From NCBI GenBank assembly GCA_963664195.1, contig OY760907.1:1408001-1472000 (forward strand): a stretch of DNA of 64,000 nt, given 5' to 3'. The notes under the pieces are model-generated. The model did no database searches. It was not told the origin of the DNA and worked only from the letters and a program-made list of their open reading frames with translations. The stretch is from an uncultured candidate division Zixibacteria bacterium. Lineage in GTDB: Bacteria > Zixibacteria > MSB-5A5 > GN15 > FEB-12. Positions 38,569-48,308 of the stretch are shown one piece after another (within the stretch, counting starts at the first letter, position 1; every line of letters begins with the position of its first letter). A program made the position numbers and the translations under genes.

Positions 38569-39780
38569 ATGAATATACTAATTGTGGCCCAGCATTTTCC
38601 ACCAGAGCGTGGAGCAGTACGACGGCTGTTTGAATTCGCCCGGCACTTTGTTGCCCAGGGGCACCAGGTTTCGGTTCTTACAGCCATCCCGAACTATCCC
38701 GACGGTATTGTCCCTGACAAGTACCGTGGGCATTTTTTCTATGCTGAGGAGATGGAGGGAGTCAAGGTCTACAGAAGTTGGGTACTTCCCGCCTCCAACC
38801 GGAACCCCGGCAAGCGGATGATCGGTTTCGTCACATTTCTCATAACAAGCCTGATTAACTCGTTCCGGATCAAAGAGGATTTTGATGTCGTGTTGGCATC
38901 GACGCCGCCGGTCAATACGCCGCTGATTGGCTGGATCCTGAGCAAACTGCGCAGGGCGCGATTCGTTATCGAGATTCGGGACCTCCAACCGGAGTCCAGC
39001 GAAGATTTCGGCAATCTCAACCGGGGCATCTTCACTCGATTGCTCAAGAAGTACATGCACACCATGTATCGCAAGGCTGAGAAGGTTGTTGCCGTTACCG
39101 ACGGTATCTCGGATTATCTCAAAGATTTGGGACTTCCGCCTGAGAACGTGATGACCATCAAGTCGGGCTTCAGCAAGGAGTTCGTTTCGGTCGACCGCAA
39201 CGGTATTCGTAAGAAGTACGGCTGGGAGGACAAGTTCCTTGTGCTTTATTCCGGCACACTTGGCTGGGCGCATTCTCTTGAAACGGTCATCGAGGCCGCG
39301 CGTCATTTGTCTGACGAGCCTGATGTCATGTTTGCGTTTGTCGGCGAGGGCGAGAAACGTGGCGCTCTCGAAGGTATGGTGAAGGACTACGGTTTGAAGA
39401 ATGTTCGGTTCCTCGGTTCGCAGCCGCTTGAGACTATACCCTACTTCCTAAAATCGTCCGATGTCCTCGTTGAGAGCCTTCGCGAAGTTCCGGTTACCAA
39501 GGGGACCTTCCCGGCCAAGCTGTTTGAGTACATGGCTTCCGGCAGGCCGATCGTTTTCGGATCACACCGTGGCGAGGCTATCCGCGAGCTCGAAACAGCA
39601 GGCGGGGCGCTGGCGTTTTCTTCGGAGGATGCCCCCAAGCTCTGTGAGCACATTATCGGGCTCAAGAATGGCCGTATCGATGGCGAAATGCTGGGGAAGA
39701 AATACCACACGCATGCCCGCAAGTTCCATCATCGGGAGCAATGGGCCGACCGCTATCTGACTTTCCTCGCCGACAAGTAA
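38569..39780 (+). CDS. Glycosyltransferase family 4 (WbuB-like)
   Basis: MNILIVAQHFPPE, PNYPDG, EIRDLQPE, LYSGTLGWAHSL, PAKLFEYMASGRPI. Confidence 0.92.
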   Translation: MNILIVAQHFPPERGAVRRLFEFARHFVAQGHQVSVLTAIPNYPDGIVPDKYRGHFFYAEEMEGVKVYRSWVLPASNRNPGKRMIGFVTFLITSLINSFRIKEDFDVVLASTPPVNTPLIGWILSKLRRARFVIEIRDLQPESSEDFGNLNRGIFTRLLKKYMHTMYRKAEKVVAVTDGISDYLKDLGLPPENVMTIKSGFSKEFVSVDRNGIRKKYGWEDKFLVLYSGTLGWAHSLETVIEAARHLSDEPDVMFAFVGEGEKRGALEGMVKDYGLKNVRFLGSQPLETIPYFLKSSDVLVESLREVPVTKGTFPAKLFEYMASGRPIVFGSHRGEAIRELETAGGALAFSSEDAPKLCEHIIGLKNGRIDGEMLGKKYHTHARKFHHREQWADRYLTFLADK

Positions 39781-39866
39781 TCCTTCTGAAACATCTGCCG
39801 CTTCTTGTCTGTTGCTTTAGTAGTCGTCTGAACAACTAAAGTCTCCAGAACGTGAAGGGTATTCCC

Positions 39867-41294
39867 ATGTCGCATCAGGCAGAAACACCGGCCGGGACGG
39901 GCTTGGTCTCTATTGATGATCTTCCGGAGCTGCTGGTAGGTGCCGGAACCGTGGTGCCGACTCTGCAGGGGCCCAGAACATATATCAACTTCGATAACGC
40001 AGCCTCCACACCCACTTTCCAGCCGACAGTGGACGCGGTCAACTCATTTCTGAAATGGTACTCCAATGTCCACCGTGGAACCGGGTTCAAGTCTCAGCTC
40101 TCAAGCTGGGCGTTTGAGCAGTCACGCAACAGGGTGGCGGAATTCGTGGGCGCTGACTTGAACAAGCAGGTGGTGATCTTCACCAAAAACACCACTGAAG
40201 CAATCAACAAACTTGCTCGACGTGTCGGTTTGACAAACGATGACGTGGTCCTGACAACGCTCATGGAACACCACTCGAATGAGCTTCCGTGGCGTCGGGT
40301 TGCCCGCGTTGAGCATGTCAAACTCAACGATGACGGAACGATTAACAAGGATGACTTCCGTGCCCGGTTGGAGAAGCACGGTTCTAAAGTCAAACTCGTG
40401 GCCATTACCGGCGCCTCAAACGTGACCGGCTATATAAACGATCTCGATTTCTTCGCTCGCGAGACACATCGAGCAGGAGCAGAGATCATGGTCGACGGTG
40501 CCCAACTGGTGCCGCATCGACAAGTCGAGATGAAACCGGATGACCCCGAACTTCGCTGGGATTATCTTGTCTTCTCGGCTCACAAAGTCTATGCCCCGTT
40601 TGGCGTTGGCGTGCTTGTAGGCGACAGGGGGGTGTTTGAGGAGGGCGACCCGAGCGATGTCGGCGGTGGAATGGTCGATATTGTGACGCTGGAAGAGGCA
40701 TACTGGGCGGAACTTCCGGACAAGGAAGAAGCCGGCACGCCCGATGTCGTTGGCGTGGTTGCGCTTGGCCAGACGATCAACCTGATTGAGCAGATTGGCT
40801 GGGATGCGATTATCAAGCACGAGTCTGAGCTGACCGCTCTGGCGTTGATGAGACTCAAGGAGATACCGGGTGTGACTCTGTACGGTGACACCGATCCTGA
40901 CCGTGCCGACAAACGGCTGGGGGTCATTGCTCTGAACATCGAAGGTCTCCCCCATGCACTGACTGCTGCCGTGCTTAGCTACGAGGGAGGAATCGGTGTT
41001 CGGTCCGGCTGTTTCTGTGCCCACACCTACGTGAAGGAATTGCTGAAGGTAGACGAGGCGGAATCGAGGGCATATGAAGAGAGAATTCTGGCTCGCGATC
41101 GCTCTGTTGTTCCGGGAGCGGTGCGCGTTTCTTTTGGCATGTACAACACGGCCGCGGAAGTGGAATCGCTCGTTGAGATGGTTGCTCGCATCGCCGCGGG
41201 CGAGTATCGGAAGGACTACGTGCTGAACTTTGAGCGCGGGGAGTACAGTCCGCCCCATGTCCAGTTCGATTTCACTAAGTACTTCCAGGTATGA
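39867..41294 (+). CDS. Class V PLP-dependent aminotransferase / cysteine desulfurase-like enzyme
   Basis: NFDNAASTP, YSNVHRG, MEHHSNELPW, GASNVTG, VDGAQ, FSAHK (PLP lysine), EAGTP, RSGCFCA. Confidence 0.9.
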   Translation: MSHQAETPAGTGLVSIDDLPELLVGAGTVVPTLQGPRTYINFDNAASTPTFQPTVDAVNSFLKWYSNVHRGTGFKSQLSSWAFEQSRNRVAEFVGADLNKQVVIFTKNTTEAINKLARRVGLTNDDVVLTTLMEHHSNELPWRRVARVEHVKLNDDGTINKDDFRARLEKHGSKVKLVAITGASNVTGYINDLDFFARETHRAGAEIMVDGAQLVPHRQVEMKPDDPELRWDYLVFSAHKVYAPFGVGVLVGDRGVFEEGDPSDVGGGMVDIVTLEEAYWAELPDKEEAGTPDVVGVVALGQTINLIEQIGWDAIIKHESELTALALMRLKEIPGVTLYGDTDPDRADKRLGVIALNIEGLPHALTAAVLSYEGGIGVRSGCFCAHTYVKELLKVDEAESRAYEERILARDRSVVPGAVRVSFGMYNTAAEVESLVEMVARIAAGEYRKDYVLNFERGEYSPPHVQFDFTKYFQV

Positions 41295-41466
41295 CTCTGC
41301 GCTGAAGTGCCCCGCTATCGTGGAGTGTAGACATATGTATGTTGACACCGGCGATGCCATTATCCTGGCCTTCCGGTGCTGTCTGTATTCGTTACCGGGT
41401 GTCACTATGGTCGGTCAGGGACCTACTTCATGCCGTCCTACACGCGCTTGATTCCGATTGTGTCCT

Positions 41467-42231
41467 TCACTTCAAGAGCAGCATCTTTCTGGTCTCAACC
41501 TTGTCGTCGGTGCGCAAGCGATACAGGTACACACCGCTCGCGTATTTTCTGGCATCCCATTCGATCAAGTGTTCACCTGCTGACATTCGTCCTTCTGCGA
41601 GCACCTCAATCGTCTGTCCCGTTATATTGCAGACATCGAGAACGACATCCGAGGCGCGCGGCAATTGCAGCCGTATGGTCGTTGTCGGGTTGAACGGGTT
41701 GGGGTAGTTCTGGCCCAGACTGTACTCATCCGGCAGGAGACCATCTTCCTGATCACCTACATCGCTTGGGGCCCTGTCCAGTTCCACGTATTCTTCGTTT
41801 ATCCGCCACACGGGATTTACCGATACGCATTGGTTGCCAGGACAGCAATCGGAGGGGTTCTTGCACTTGTACGTCAGGGCAACGAATGGGCCTGATTCCG
41901 AAAAACCCATTCCTGCTGAAGCTCCCGCATAAAAGCAACTATCCTTGTCTTCAATGCAGTTGCTGGCAAACGTAAAGTTGTCTGCGATTCCTGCACCGAA
42001 ATCTGAGTAAACGAATTCAAGATCATCCGAATCGTAAGAGAGATGCATCTCGACTCCCATAATCGGCAGGTACCCATAGCTCTCCACTTCGGTGAGCCAC
42101 AAGTAAACGATCAGTGTGTCGCCGCGCGACTGCTCGAATTCGACGCTGTACCCGATTGCATTGGCAGGTGAACTGAATAACAGCAGGGACAGGACCAGTC
42201 CGAGAGAGATCAGAGCGGATTTCTTAATCAT
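41467..42231 (-). CDS. Single cohesin-like domain plus T9SS-type C-terminal domain protein
   Basis: AAAGGAG RBS, signal peptide ending PANA, GDTLIVYLWL...GVEMHLSYDSDDLEF, C-terminus NYPNPFNP...KMLLLK. Confidence 0.8.
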   Translation of the reverse strand: MIKKSALISLGLVLSLLLFSSPANAIGYSVEFEQSRGDTLIVYLWLTEVESYGYLPIMGVEMHLSYDSDDLEFVYSDFGAGIADNFTFASNCIEDKDSCFYAGASAGMGFSESGPFVALTYKCKNPSDCCPGNQCVSVNPVWRINEEYVELDRAPSDVGDQEDGLLPDEYSLGQNYPNPFNPTTTIRLQLPRASDVVLDVCNITGQTIEVLAEGRMSAGEHLIEWDARKYASGVYLYRLRTDDKVETRKMLLLK

Positions 42232-42295
42232 GCGTATCTCCTTTAACATGGTGGGCGGCCAGAAGAACCGCCCACCGATGCACAAGCTACTGATG

Positions 42296-44176
42296 CTACT
42301 TGAGGAGCATCATCTTCTTGGTTTCGGGTTTGTCAGTTCCTGTCATCTTGTAGAAATAGACACCCGAGGACACTGTTGTCCCGGACGCGTTCGTGCCGTC
42401 CCAGACGACCTCGTACACTCCGGCGTCATGGTAGCCGGAAGCCAGCGTTGCTACATGCTGACCGATCACGTTGAACACCGATATATTGATATCGGCAGCC
42501 ACAGGGACGCTGTAGCTGATGGTTGTGGTCGGGTTGAACGGGTTGGGATAGTTGTTGCCAAGAGCGAATGCTGAAGGCAGACTTCCCAGCCCCTTGGAGA
42601 CCAGACGCGTATTCGATCGCTCTTCATTGACAATCAAATCGTCAATAGTGAATTCGACGTTCTGATCGACAACGAACCGTGCGAGCACACCGTCACTGCT
42701 GACACTGGTTCCGGCCACGGCAACGAGAACATCGTCGCCGTTGCGCGCGGATTCGAGGAACCAGTCGCTGTTGGCGGCAGTGACCTGGACGTCACCGGAC
42801 TGTGCGTTGACAGTGAACTGAGCACTGTAGGCATCGCCGCCGTTGCTGATCAGTTCATAGACCTGCTGTGATCCTTCCATGCCGGCCGCTTTCAGGCTCA
42901 GCCCTATCGGGCTGGCAACCTTCGGCATTCCGTTTTCATCGGAGAAGTACCAGTTGCCCGAAACATCGCCGAGAATGACGGCGTAGAAATCGGATCCCGG
43001 CTTGTTGCTGGTAAGCGGGTTCCAGTCATACATCTCACGCGGGGGCAGACCCTCGTCGTCATCGTAGATCGAGAACACCCAGTTGGTGCCGGCGGAGCGC
43101 TTTTTCGGGAAGTAGTCGAAATCGCCGACCAGCCACTGAAGGATCAGCGCTGCGTCATACGCAGACACTTCGCCATTACCGGAAACGTCGGCCGCGACAA
43201 AGTGATGGTAGTCGGTGAACTCGAACAGGCCGACCATATGGCGAAGCACCAGGGAGGCGTCGAACGCCGTGATGGCCTGGTCGTAGTCATCTTGCGTATC
43301 CTTCCAGGCACCCAGACGATAGTGATATTCGGAAGTGACGTCCGGCAGGAAATAGGAACCGCGACGGTCTTCATCATCTCCGATAAGTTCACATGACGTC
43401 TGGACGGTGATATCGTCAATGTTCGGCGGGTTCACCGCGTGCGGATCGGCGATGTAATGGAGTGTCACGTCAGCATCGCAGATCGGATACCCGTTGGCCA
43501 TGTAGGTGATCCTGCCGCTGGCAAACAGGGTTTCGCAGACGATGAAATCACCGATCGACTGGTTGTCGACATAGGTGAGATCCTGTTCATCATCAATATA
43601 GACAAACCACGGATCTACCTCGTTATAGACAAACGAAGTGATATTGAAATCGGCATCATCTCCGGGATCGCCGACGATGAGGAAGCCGATCTTGACCAGT
43701 TCCTCGGGGTCGGTCAACCGTGTGAGGTCCTTGCACTCAGCTGCTGCGATCGAAATCTTGATCGTACCGGCAGAGTTGTTGATTTCATAGTATACGTCGC
43801 CCCAGTGCCAGTCATCATCAAGCATGTCACTGTTGCTCACCGTCACCGCCTGGAGGACGTTTCGGTCGAAGGAGACCTCCATGTCGAAGGAACACATGTC
43901 TTCGTCGGGAGACGATTCCATATTGCAATACGGATAGTAATCGCCGAGCGTGTCGTGATACGGTCGCACCAGATAGTCGGCGTTGCACTGAGTCCTCTGA
44001 CTCCAGGTGGTCCATTCTATGTTGATCGGAAATGCAATCATGTTGCCCTGGTACCAGCAGGTATCCGGCGTCGAAACGCGAACACCCTCGACCACGGCAA
44101 ATGAAGAAACGGAAAAGATGAGCACAATCAGAGTTGTCAGTCCAAAAAACACCATGTTTTTCTTAATAACAGTCAT
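42296..44176 (-). CDS. Secreted cohesin, beta-sandwich, dockerin, T9SS-type/FlgD-Ig C-terminal domain protein
   Basis: Signal peptide ending SSFA, SFDMEVSFDRNVLQAV cohesin-like, dockerin AITAFDASLVL/ADVSGNGEVSAYDAALIL, C-terminus NYPNPFNP...KMMLLK. Confidence 0.85.
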   Translation of the reverse strand: MTVIKKNMVFFGLTTLIVLIFSVSSFAVVEGVRVSTPDTCWYQGNMIAFPINIEWTTWSQRTQCNADYLVRPYHDTLGDYYPYCNMESSPDEDMCSFDMEVSFDRNVLQAVTVSNSDMLDDDWHWGDVYYEINNSAGTIKISIAAAECKDLTRLTDPEELVKIGFLIVGDPGDDADFNITSFVYNEVDPWFVYIDDEQDLTYVDNQSIGDFIVCETLFASGRITYMANGYPICDADVTLHYIADPHAVNPPNIDDITVQTSCELIGDDEDRRGSYFLPDVTSEYHYRLGAWKDTQDDYDQAITAFDASLVLRHMVGLFEFTDYHHFVAADVSGNGEVSAYDAALILQWLVGDFDYFPKKRSAGTNWVFSIYDDDEGLPPREMYDWNPLTSNKPGSDFYAVILGDVSGNWYFSDENGMPKVASPIGLSLKAAGMEGSQQVYELISNGGDAYSAQFTVNAQSGDVQVTAANSDWFLESARNGDDVLVAVAGTSVSSDGVLARFVVDQNVEFTIDDLIVNEERSNTRLVSKGLGSLPSAFALGNNYPNPFNPTTTISYSVPVAADINISVFNVIGQHVATLASGYHDAGVYEVVWDGTNASGTTVSSGVYFYKMTGTDKPETKKMMLLK

Positions 44177-44641
44177 CGTAACCTCGTAATTACTTAAGAG
44201 TATGCACTTGTCGTTGTCATTTCCGTGAGCACGACAGTGCGGGTTTCGATTTTTGTGTGCTCTGAGTTGTAATCGAAATAGTTAACTAATCAAATTCTGG
44301 TTACTATCACCTCCCTCTCAAGCCGGCGCAACTCTTGCCCCAAACAGGAGTCTCCAGAGTCGCAACGTTCAGGTCTCTTCTCCGGCACAACCGACCGACA
44401 GTCGGTCCCGCAACGGAAATCTTCAGGTCATTCATTTGGTCTTACAACAACGTGGAATTCAATCAACCACCTCCCTCTGCCGAATCGGCTCCATGTAGTG
44501 TGAAGTAGGACTACAGACCGGTAGCTGCGGCCCTCAACAGAGGAACCAGCGCGCTCCGGTACGTAAGGAAGTACCGCCCATAGTGGGCATAGAACTACTG
44601 TATATGATTATGAAAGTGTGTTCGCGTGCAAGACCAGTATC

Positions 44642-44670
44642 TATCTAACACGCTGTGTGGGCAGTGTCAA
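44642..44670 (-). promoter_or_regulatory. Sigma-70-type promoter candidate, implying a ~460-nt leader for CDS 44176
   Basis: Minus strand TTGACA-17 nt-TAGATA. Confidence 0.4.
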
Positions 44671-44836
44671 GGGAAAAACGAACGGACCGGGAGAAATATA
44701 CACTGTTGGTCTGGTAAACGTTCGACAGAAAACTGGACACGCAATACCAAGAACAACCGGAACCCATTGCCGCAGTGTCTGTTGTCGCTTTTCAAACATA
44801 CTGCCAGGAAGGTTGCCGGAGAGGGGTGGTAACAAT

Positions 44837-45322
44837 CTATACCCAACGACGCACAGATTGCCTGTACGCACGGTAGCTTTCGCCAAAAATGCGAGCCAGC
44901 TTGCACTCTTCGAACGGAATGAAGTATCTGTCCAGTGACACAAGCAATGCGATTGGTAATACGAAAGCACTTACCGACCCCAGTAACACCGATACGCCCA
45001 GCAGCGAACCGATCATGCCGACATAAATCGGATTACGACTGTACCGGTACATGCCGGTCATGATTAGCTTCGACGGTTCCCCGAAGGTCTTGATGGTCGT
45101 CTCGTGTCGTTTGAATTGCCGATCGCCGACTATTGCCATTGCCCCTCCCCCGACTATCAGGAGGATGCCCGCGAGATTCGCCGGGAAACTCCAGAGCTGC
45201 GCGATCGGCGAGACGTAGTGCAGGCCGATTGAACCAACCAGAGCCACACACCACCAGACATCCGGCATGATCCGTTGCTTCGTGCGTTGGTTATCCGCTG
45301 TACCCATTGTGGCTTCTTTCAT
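44837..45322 (-). CDS. Isoprenylcysteine carboxyl methyltransferase / PEMT family membrane protein
   Basis: KLIMTGMYRYSRNPIYVG, IPFEE..L..IFGESY..Y..SVRRW, GGAGG RBS. Start codon uncertain. Confidence 0.87.
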   Translation of the reverse strand: MKEATMGTADNQRTKQRIMPDVWWCVALVGSIGLHYVSPIAQLWSFPANLAGILLIVGGGAMAIVGDRQFKRHETTIKTFGEPSKLIMTGMYRYSRNPIYVGMIGSLLGVSVLLGSVSAFVLPIALLVSLDRYFIPFEECKLARIFGESYRAYRQSVRRWV

Positions 45323-45366
45323 TGTCCATGTCCTCCAATATCTCCGCACAAGATGCTTGACTCATT

Positions 45367-45383
45367 AGTTTAGCGGCTATACT
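45367..45383. promoter_or_regulatory. Palindromic operator (probable MarR site) overlapping a TATACT -10 box
   Basis: AGTTTAGC-G-GCTATACT, an inverted repeat with one mismatch, between divergent ICMT and marR genes. Confidence 0.55.
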
Positions 45384-45392
45384 TTGTACGCC

Positions 45393-45842
45393 ATGGATTC
45401 ATCAAAGTTGCAGATAGTCGATACGTTGCTGCGTGTTTTTCAGAAGTACGTGAACAACCAGAAGAAAGCCCGACGGTACGGTGTCGATCCGCCGCTATAC
45501 CCCGCCGAGGTGCACATGATTATGCATGTGGCCAACAATCCGGAGGCCGGAGTAACGGAGTTGGCCGCACTCACCGGGGTGACCAAAGGAGCGGTGTCGC
45601 AAATGCTCAACCGGCTGGAGGCGAAGAATCTCATCCGCAAGGAGATCGACTCCGCCAACCAGACGCGCGTGAATCTCACGCTGACTGCCTCGGGCCGCAG
45701 GGCTTTTGCGGCGCACGAGAGGATGCACCGTGAGAACGACCGCGAGTGGCTGGAGTATCTCGACAAACTCACGACGTCAAAAGCGGCCGCGATTCAGGAT
45801 TTCCTGGACTTGTTGGAGACGGGCATTGACCGGCGGAGTTGA
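45393..45842 (+). CDS. MarR family transcriptional regulator
   Basis: LYPAEVHMI...GVTELAALTGVTKGAVSQMLNRLEAKNLI...LTLTASG winged helix. Confidence 0.92.
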   Translation: MDSSKLQIVDTLLRVFQKYVNNQKKARRYGVDPPLYPAEVHMIMHVANNPEAGVTELAALTGVTKGAVSQMLNRLEAKNLIRKEIDSANQTRVNLTLTASGRRAFAAHERMHRENDREWLEYLDKLTTSKAAAIQDFLDLLETGIDRRS

Positions 45843-45850
45843 TAACCTTT

Positions 45851-45877
45851 GTAGGTCGAAACTCCTGCAGTTTCGAC
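45851..45877 (+). repeat. GTAG-tagged REP-like palindrome, copy 1
   Basis: GTAG-GTCGAAAC-TCCTGCA-GTTTCGAC, with an identical copy at 46076-46102. Confidence 0.75.
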
Positions 45878-46075
45878 AGGCGATTCCGAATTGCACCCCT
45901 CCTCCGGCGGGCAGACGCAAGCAGTACGGCACAGGAGTCGAGAGGGACAACGGAAAACCGGCAGGGATGAGCCCATCGAAATGGGCTCCCTGCCGGTCTG
46001 TTACCTTCCCACCACAAATGGTAGGCCACCGAGGCTAAGCTGCATCCCACCCGGGGACGGGCGGGCTACCGATCT

Positions 46076-46102
46076 GTAGGTCGAAACTCCTGCAGTTTCG
46101 AC
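46076..46102 (+). repeat. GTAG-tagged REP-like palindrome, copy 2
   Basis: Identical to 45851-45877. An adjacent minus-strand GTAG-CCCGCCCG-TCCC-CGGGTGGG lies at 46046-46069. Confidence 0.75.
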
Positions 46103-46112
46103 GGTCCCCACA

Positions 46113-47732
46113 TCACCCCATGAACGGGTAGCGGTAGTCCGTCGGCGGAGCAAACGTCTCTTTGATCGAGCGCGGTGAGGTCCAGCGAAGCATGTTCTGG
46201 ATACCACCCGCCTTGTCGTTTGTACCCGAGGCGCGGCCACCGCCAAACGGCTGTTGACCTACCACTGCGCCGGTCGGTTTGTCATTGATATAGAAGTTAC
46301 CAGCCGCGTTACGGAGCGTGCGCTCGGCCATTGCCACCACTTTGCGGTCGGTTGCCCAGATCGCGCCGGTCAGGGCGTACGGTGAGGTCTGGTCGCACAG
46401 GTGCAGGGTGTTGGCGAAATCAGCGTCCTCGTAGACATAGATCGTTACCACCGGGCCAAAGATTTCCTCAGCCATCAGCTTGAATTTCGGGTCGGTCGTA
46501 ACGACAACCGTCGGCTCAATAAAGTAGCCCTTAGACTTGTCATAACCGCCGCCTATGATGATCTCAGCGTCTTTGGAGTCCCTGGCGTAGTCAATATAGG
46601 CCGTGATAGAATCAAATGCGGAGGCGTCGATAACCGCACTGACAAAATTCTTGCAGTCTTCCGGATCACCCATCTTCAGTTCGCCGGTCTGCTTGAGAAC
46701 GACATCCTTGACTGCCGGCCAGATTGATTTCGGAATGTAGCAACGTGAGGCCGCCGAACACTTCTGACCCTGGAACTCAAAAGCGCCGCGGACAATAGCC
46801 GTTCCGAGCGGACCTGCGGGAGCTGAATTGTGAGCGAAAATGAAGTCCTTACCGCCGGTCTCACCGACAATGCGCGGGTACGACTTGTAGTTGGCGATGT
46901 TCTCGCCAACCGTGCGCCACATCGACTGGAACACCGGAGTGGAGCCGGTGAAATGGATGCCGGCCAGGTTTTCATTGCGGAGGACCGTGTCGCCGATAGC
47001 CGCTCCACGAGCGAAGATCATGTTAATGACACCTTCCGGAAGGCCGGACTCGCGCAAGATCTTCATCAGCAGATGCGAGGTATAGGCCGCGGTCGAAGCC
47101 GGCTTCCAAACCGCCACGTTGCCAAGCATGGCCGGTGCGGTCGGAAGGTTACCGTTGATCGAGACAAAGTTGAACGGCGTCACGGCAAACACAAAACCCT
47201 CGAGCGGGCGATGGTCCATGCGGTTCCACATGGTCGGCGCGCTTTCCGGCTGTACTTCGTAAATCTGCTGCATGTAGAAAGCATTGAAACGCCAGAAGTC
47301 GACCAGTTCGCAGACAGCATCGATCTCCGCCTGGAAGACGGTCTTGGAATGCGCCAGCATTGTGGCAGCGTTCATGATGTGACGGTACGGTCCCGCGAGC
47401 AGATCGGCAGCTTTCAGGAAGATCGCCGCACGGTGTTCCCACGGCATCAATGACCAAGCTGGCTGGGCTTCCATCGCGGAGTCAACAGCCATCTTTACTT
47501 CGGCTTCACCACCCTGATGGTAGTGTCCCAGAGTCAGACCAAGGTTGTGGGGTGACTTGATTTCGATTTTAGTGCCGGTTGTGACATCTTTGCCGTTGAT
47601 GACCAGCGGGATTTCAATCGGGTTGGCCTTAAGGTCGGCCAGGGCCGCCTCGAGCGCCTTTTTATCTGCCGAACCGGGGGCATAATCCCTGACCGGCTCG
47701 TTTTTTGGAGCAGGAACGCGGAATACACTCAT
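46113..47732 (-). CDS. pruA: Delta-1-pyrroline-5-carboxylate (L-glutamate gamma-semialdehyde) dehydrogenase
   Basis: NEPVRDYAPGS, QAEIDAVCEL, PLEGFVFAVTPFNF, FTGST, GETGGKDF, FEFQGQKCSA, EEIFGP, GNFYINDKPTGAVVGQQPFGG. Confidence 0.95.
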   Translation of the reverse strand: MSVFRVPAPKNEPVRDYAPGSADKKALEAALADLKANPIEIPLVINGKDVTTGTKIEIKSPHNLGLTLGHYHQGGEAEVKMAVDSAMEAQPAWSLMPWEHRAAIFLKAADLLAGPYRHIMNAATMLAHSKTVFQAEIDAVCELVDFWRFNAFYMQQIYEVQPESAPTMWNRMDHRPLEGFVFAVTPFNFVSINGNLPTAPAMLGNVAVWKPASTAAYTSHLLMKILRESGLPEGVINMIFARGAAIGDTVLRNENLAGIHFTGSTPVFQSMWRTVGENIANYKSYPRIVGETGGKDFIFAHNSAPAGPLGTAIVRGAFEFQGQKCSAASRCYIPKSIWPAVKDVVLKQTGELKMGDPEDCKNFVSAVIDASAFDSITAYIDYARDSKDAEIIIGGGYDKSKGYFIEPTVVVTTDPKFKLMAEEIFGPVVTIYVYEDADFANTLHLCDQTSPYALTGAIWATDRKVVAMAERTLRNAAGNFYINDKPTGAVVGQQPFGGGRASGTNDKAGGIQNMLRWTSPRSIKETFAPPTDYRYPFMG

Positions 47733-48033
47733 TATATTTCCTCCACACGCCGGGCGTGTTCGCTGCCGCAGGGGGCAGTCTATAACGTAATTGTTGTTCT
47801 ATCTGCAAGCATCCGGGGGGCCGAAGACCGGCTCGGAATTGGAGTAGATAATAACCCTTAACGATAACAGGGGCAAGGAGATTGCGCACGAATTCGGATT
47901 TGCGACACGGTGGGCACTGTTTCGTATTTTGACGTACTTTGAGGTGTCTGGTTGTGAACATTCTCGAGTGCAAATGTTAATATGTGGACAGGTCTGGTGA
48001 TAAGTCGTTGTCGATCCATAATATCGCTTGACT

Positions 48034-48113
48034 GTGTCATAATTGACACGGGAATGACGCCTGTTTTCAGACGCTTTGTGCCAGTCGAGCATGATATGTG
48101 TCATTATTGACAC
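48034..48113. promoter_or_regulatory. Two palindromic activator-binding sites (UAS-like)
   Basis: GTGTCA-TAAT-TGACAC at 48034-49 and GTGTCA-TTAT-TGACAC at 48098-113, 64 bp apart. Confidence 0.7.
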
Positions 48114-48164
48114 GCCGTATTTCCGTGCTTCCCGGTAAGTCGTTGTAAGACAACACGAAGCGCC

Positions 48165-48181
48165 GCGGCATGCAGTTTGAC
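48165..48181 (+). promoter_or_regulatory. Sigma-54 promoter candidate for the alpha-2-macroglobulin/pbpC operon
   Basis: GCGGCATGCAGTTTGAC (GG-N10-GA variant), with an IHF-like TAAGTCGTTG at 48136 between it and the UAS pair. Confidence 0.45.
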
Positions 48182-48308
48182 TACACATTTAGTAGAAACC
48201 GAGTTGCTGGAAACCTTTGTTGAGGAGTTGACAGTAAGGCTTAAAGCCAATATCCATTACACAAAGGCTGTTCGCCAAAACCTGTGTTCTTCAGAGGGGA
48301 GTTAATCC

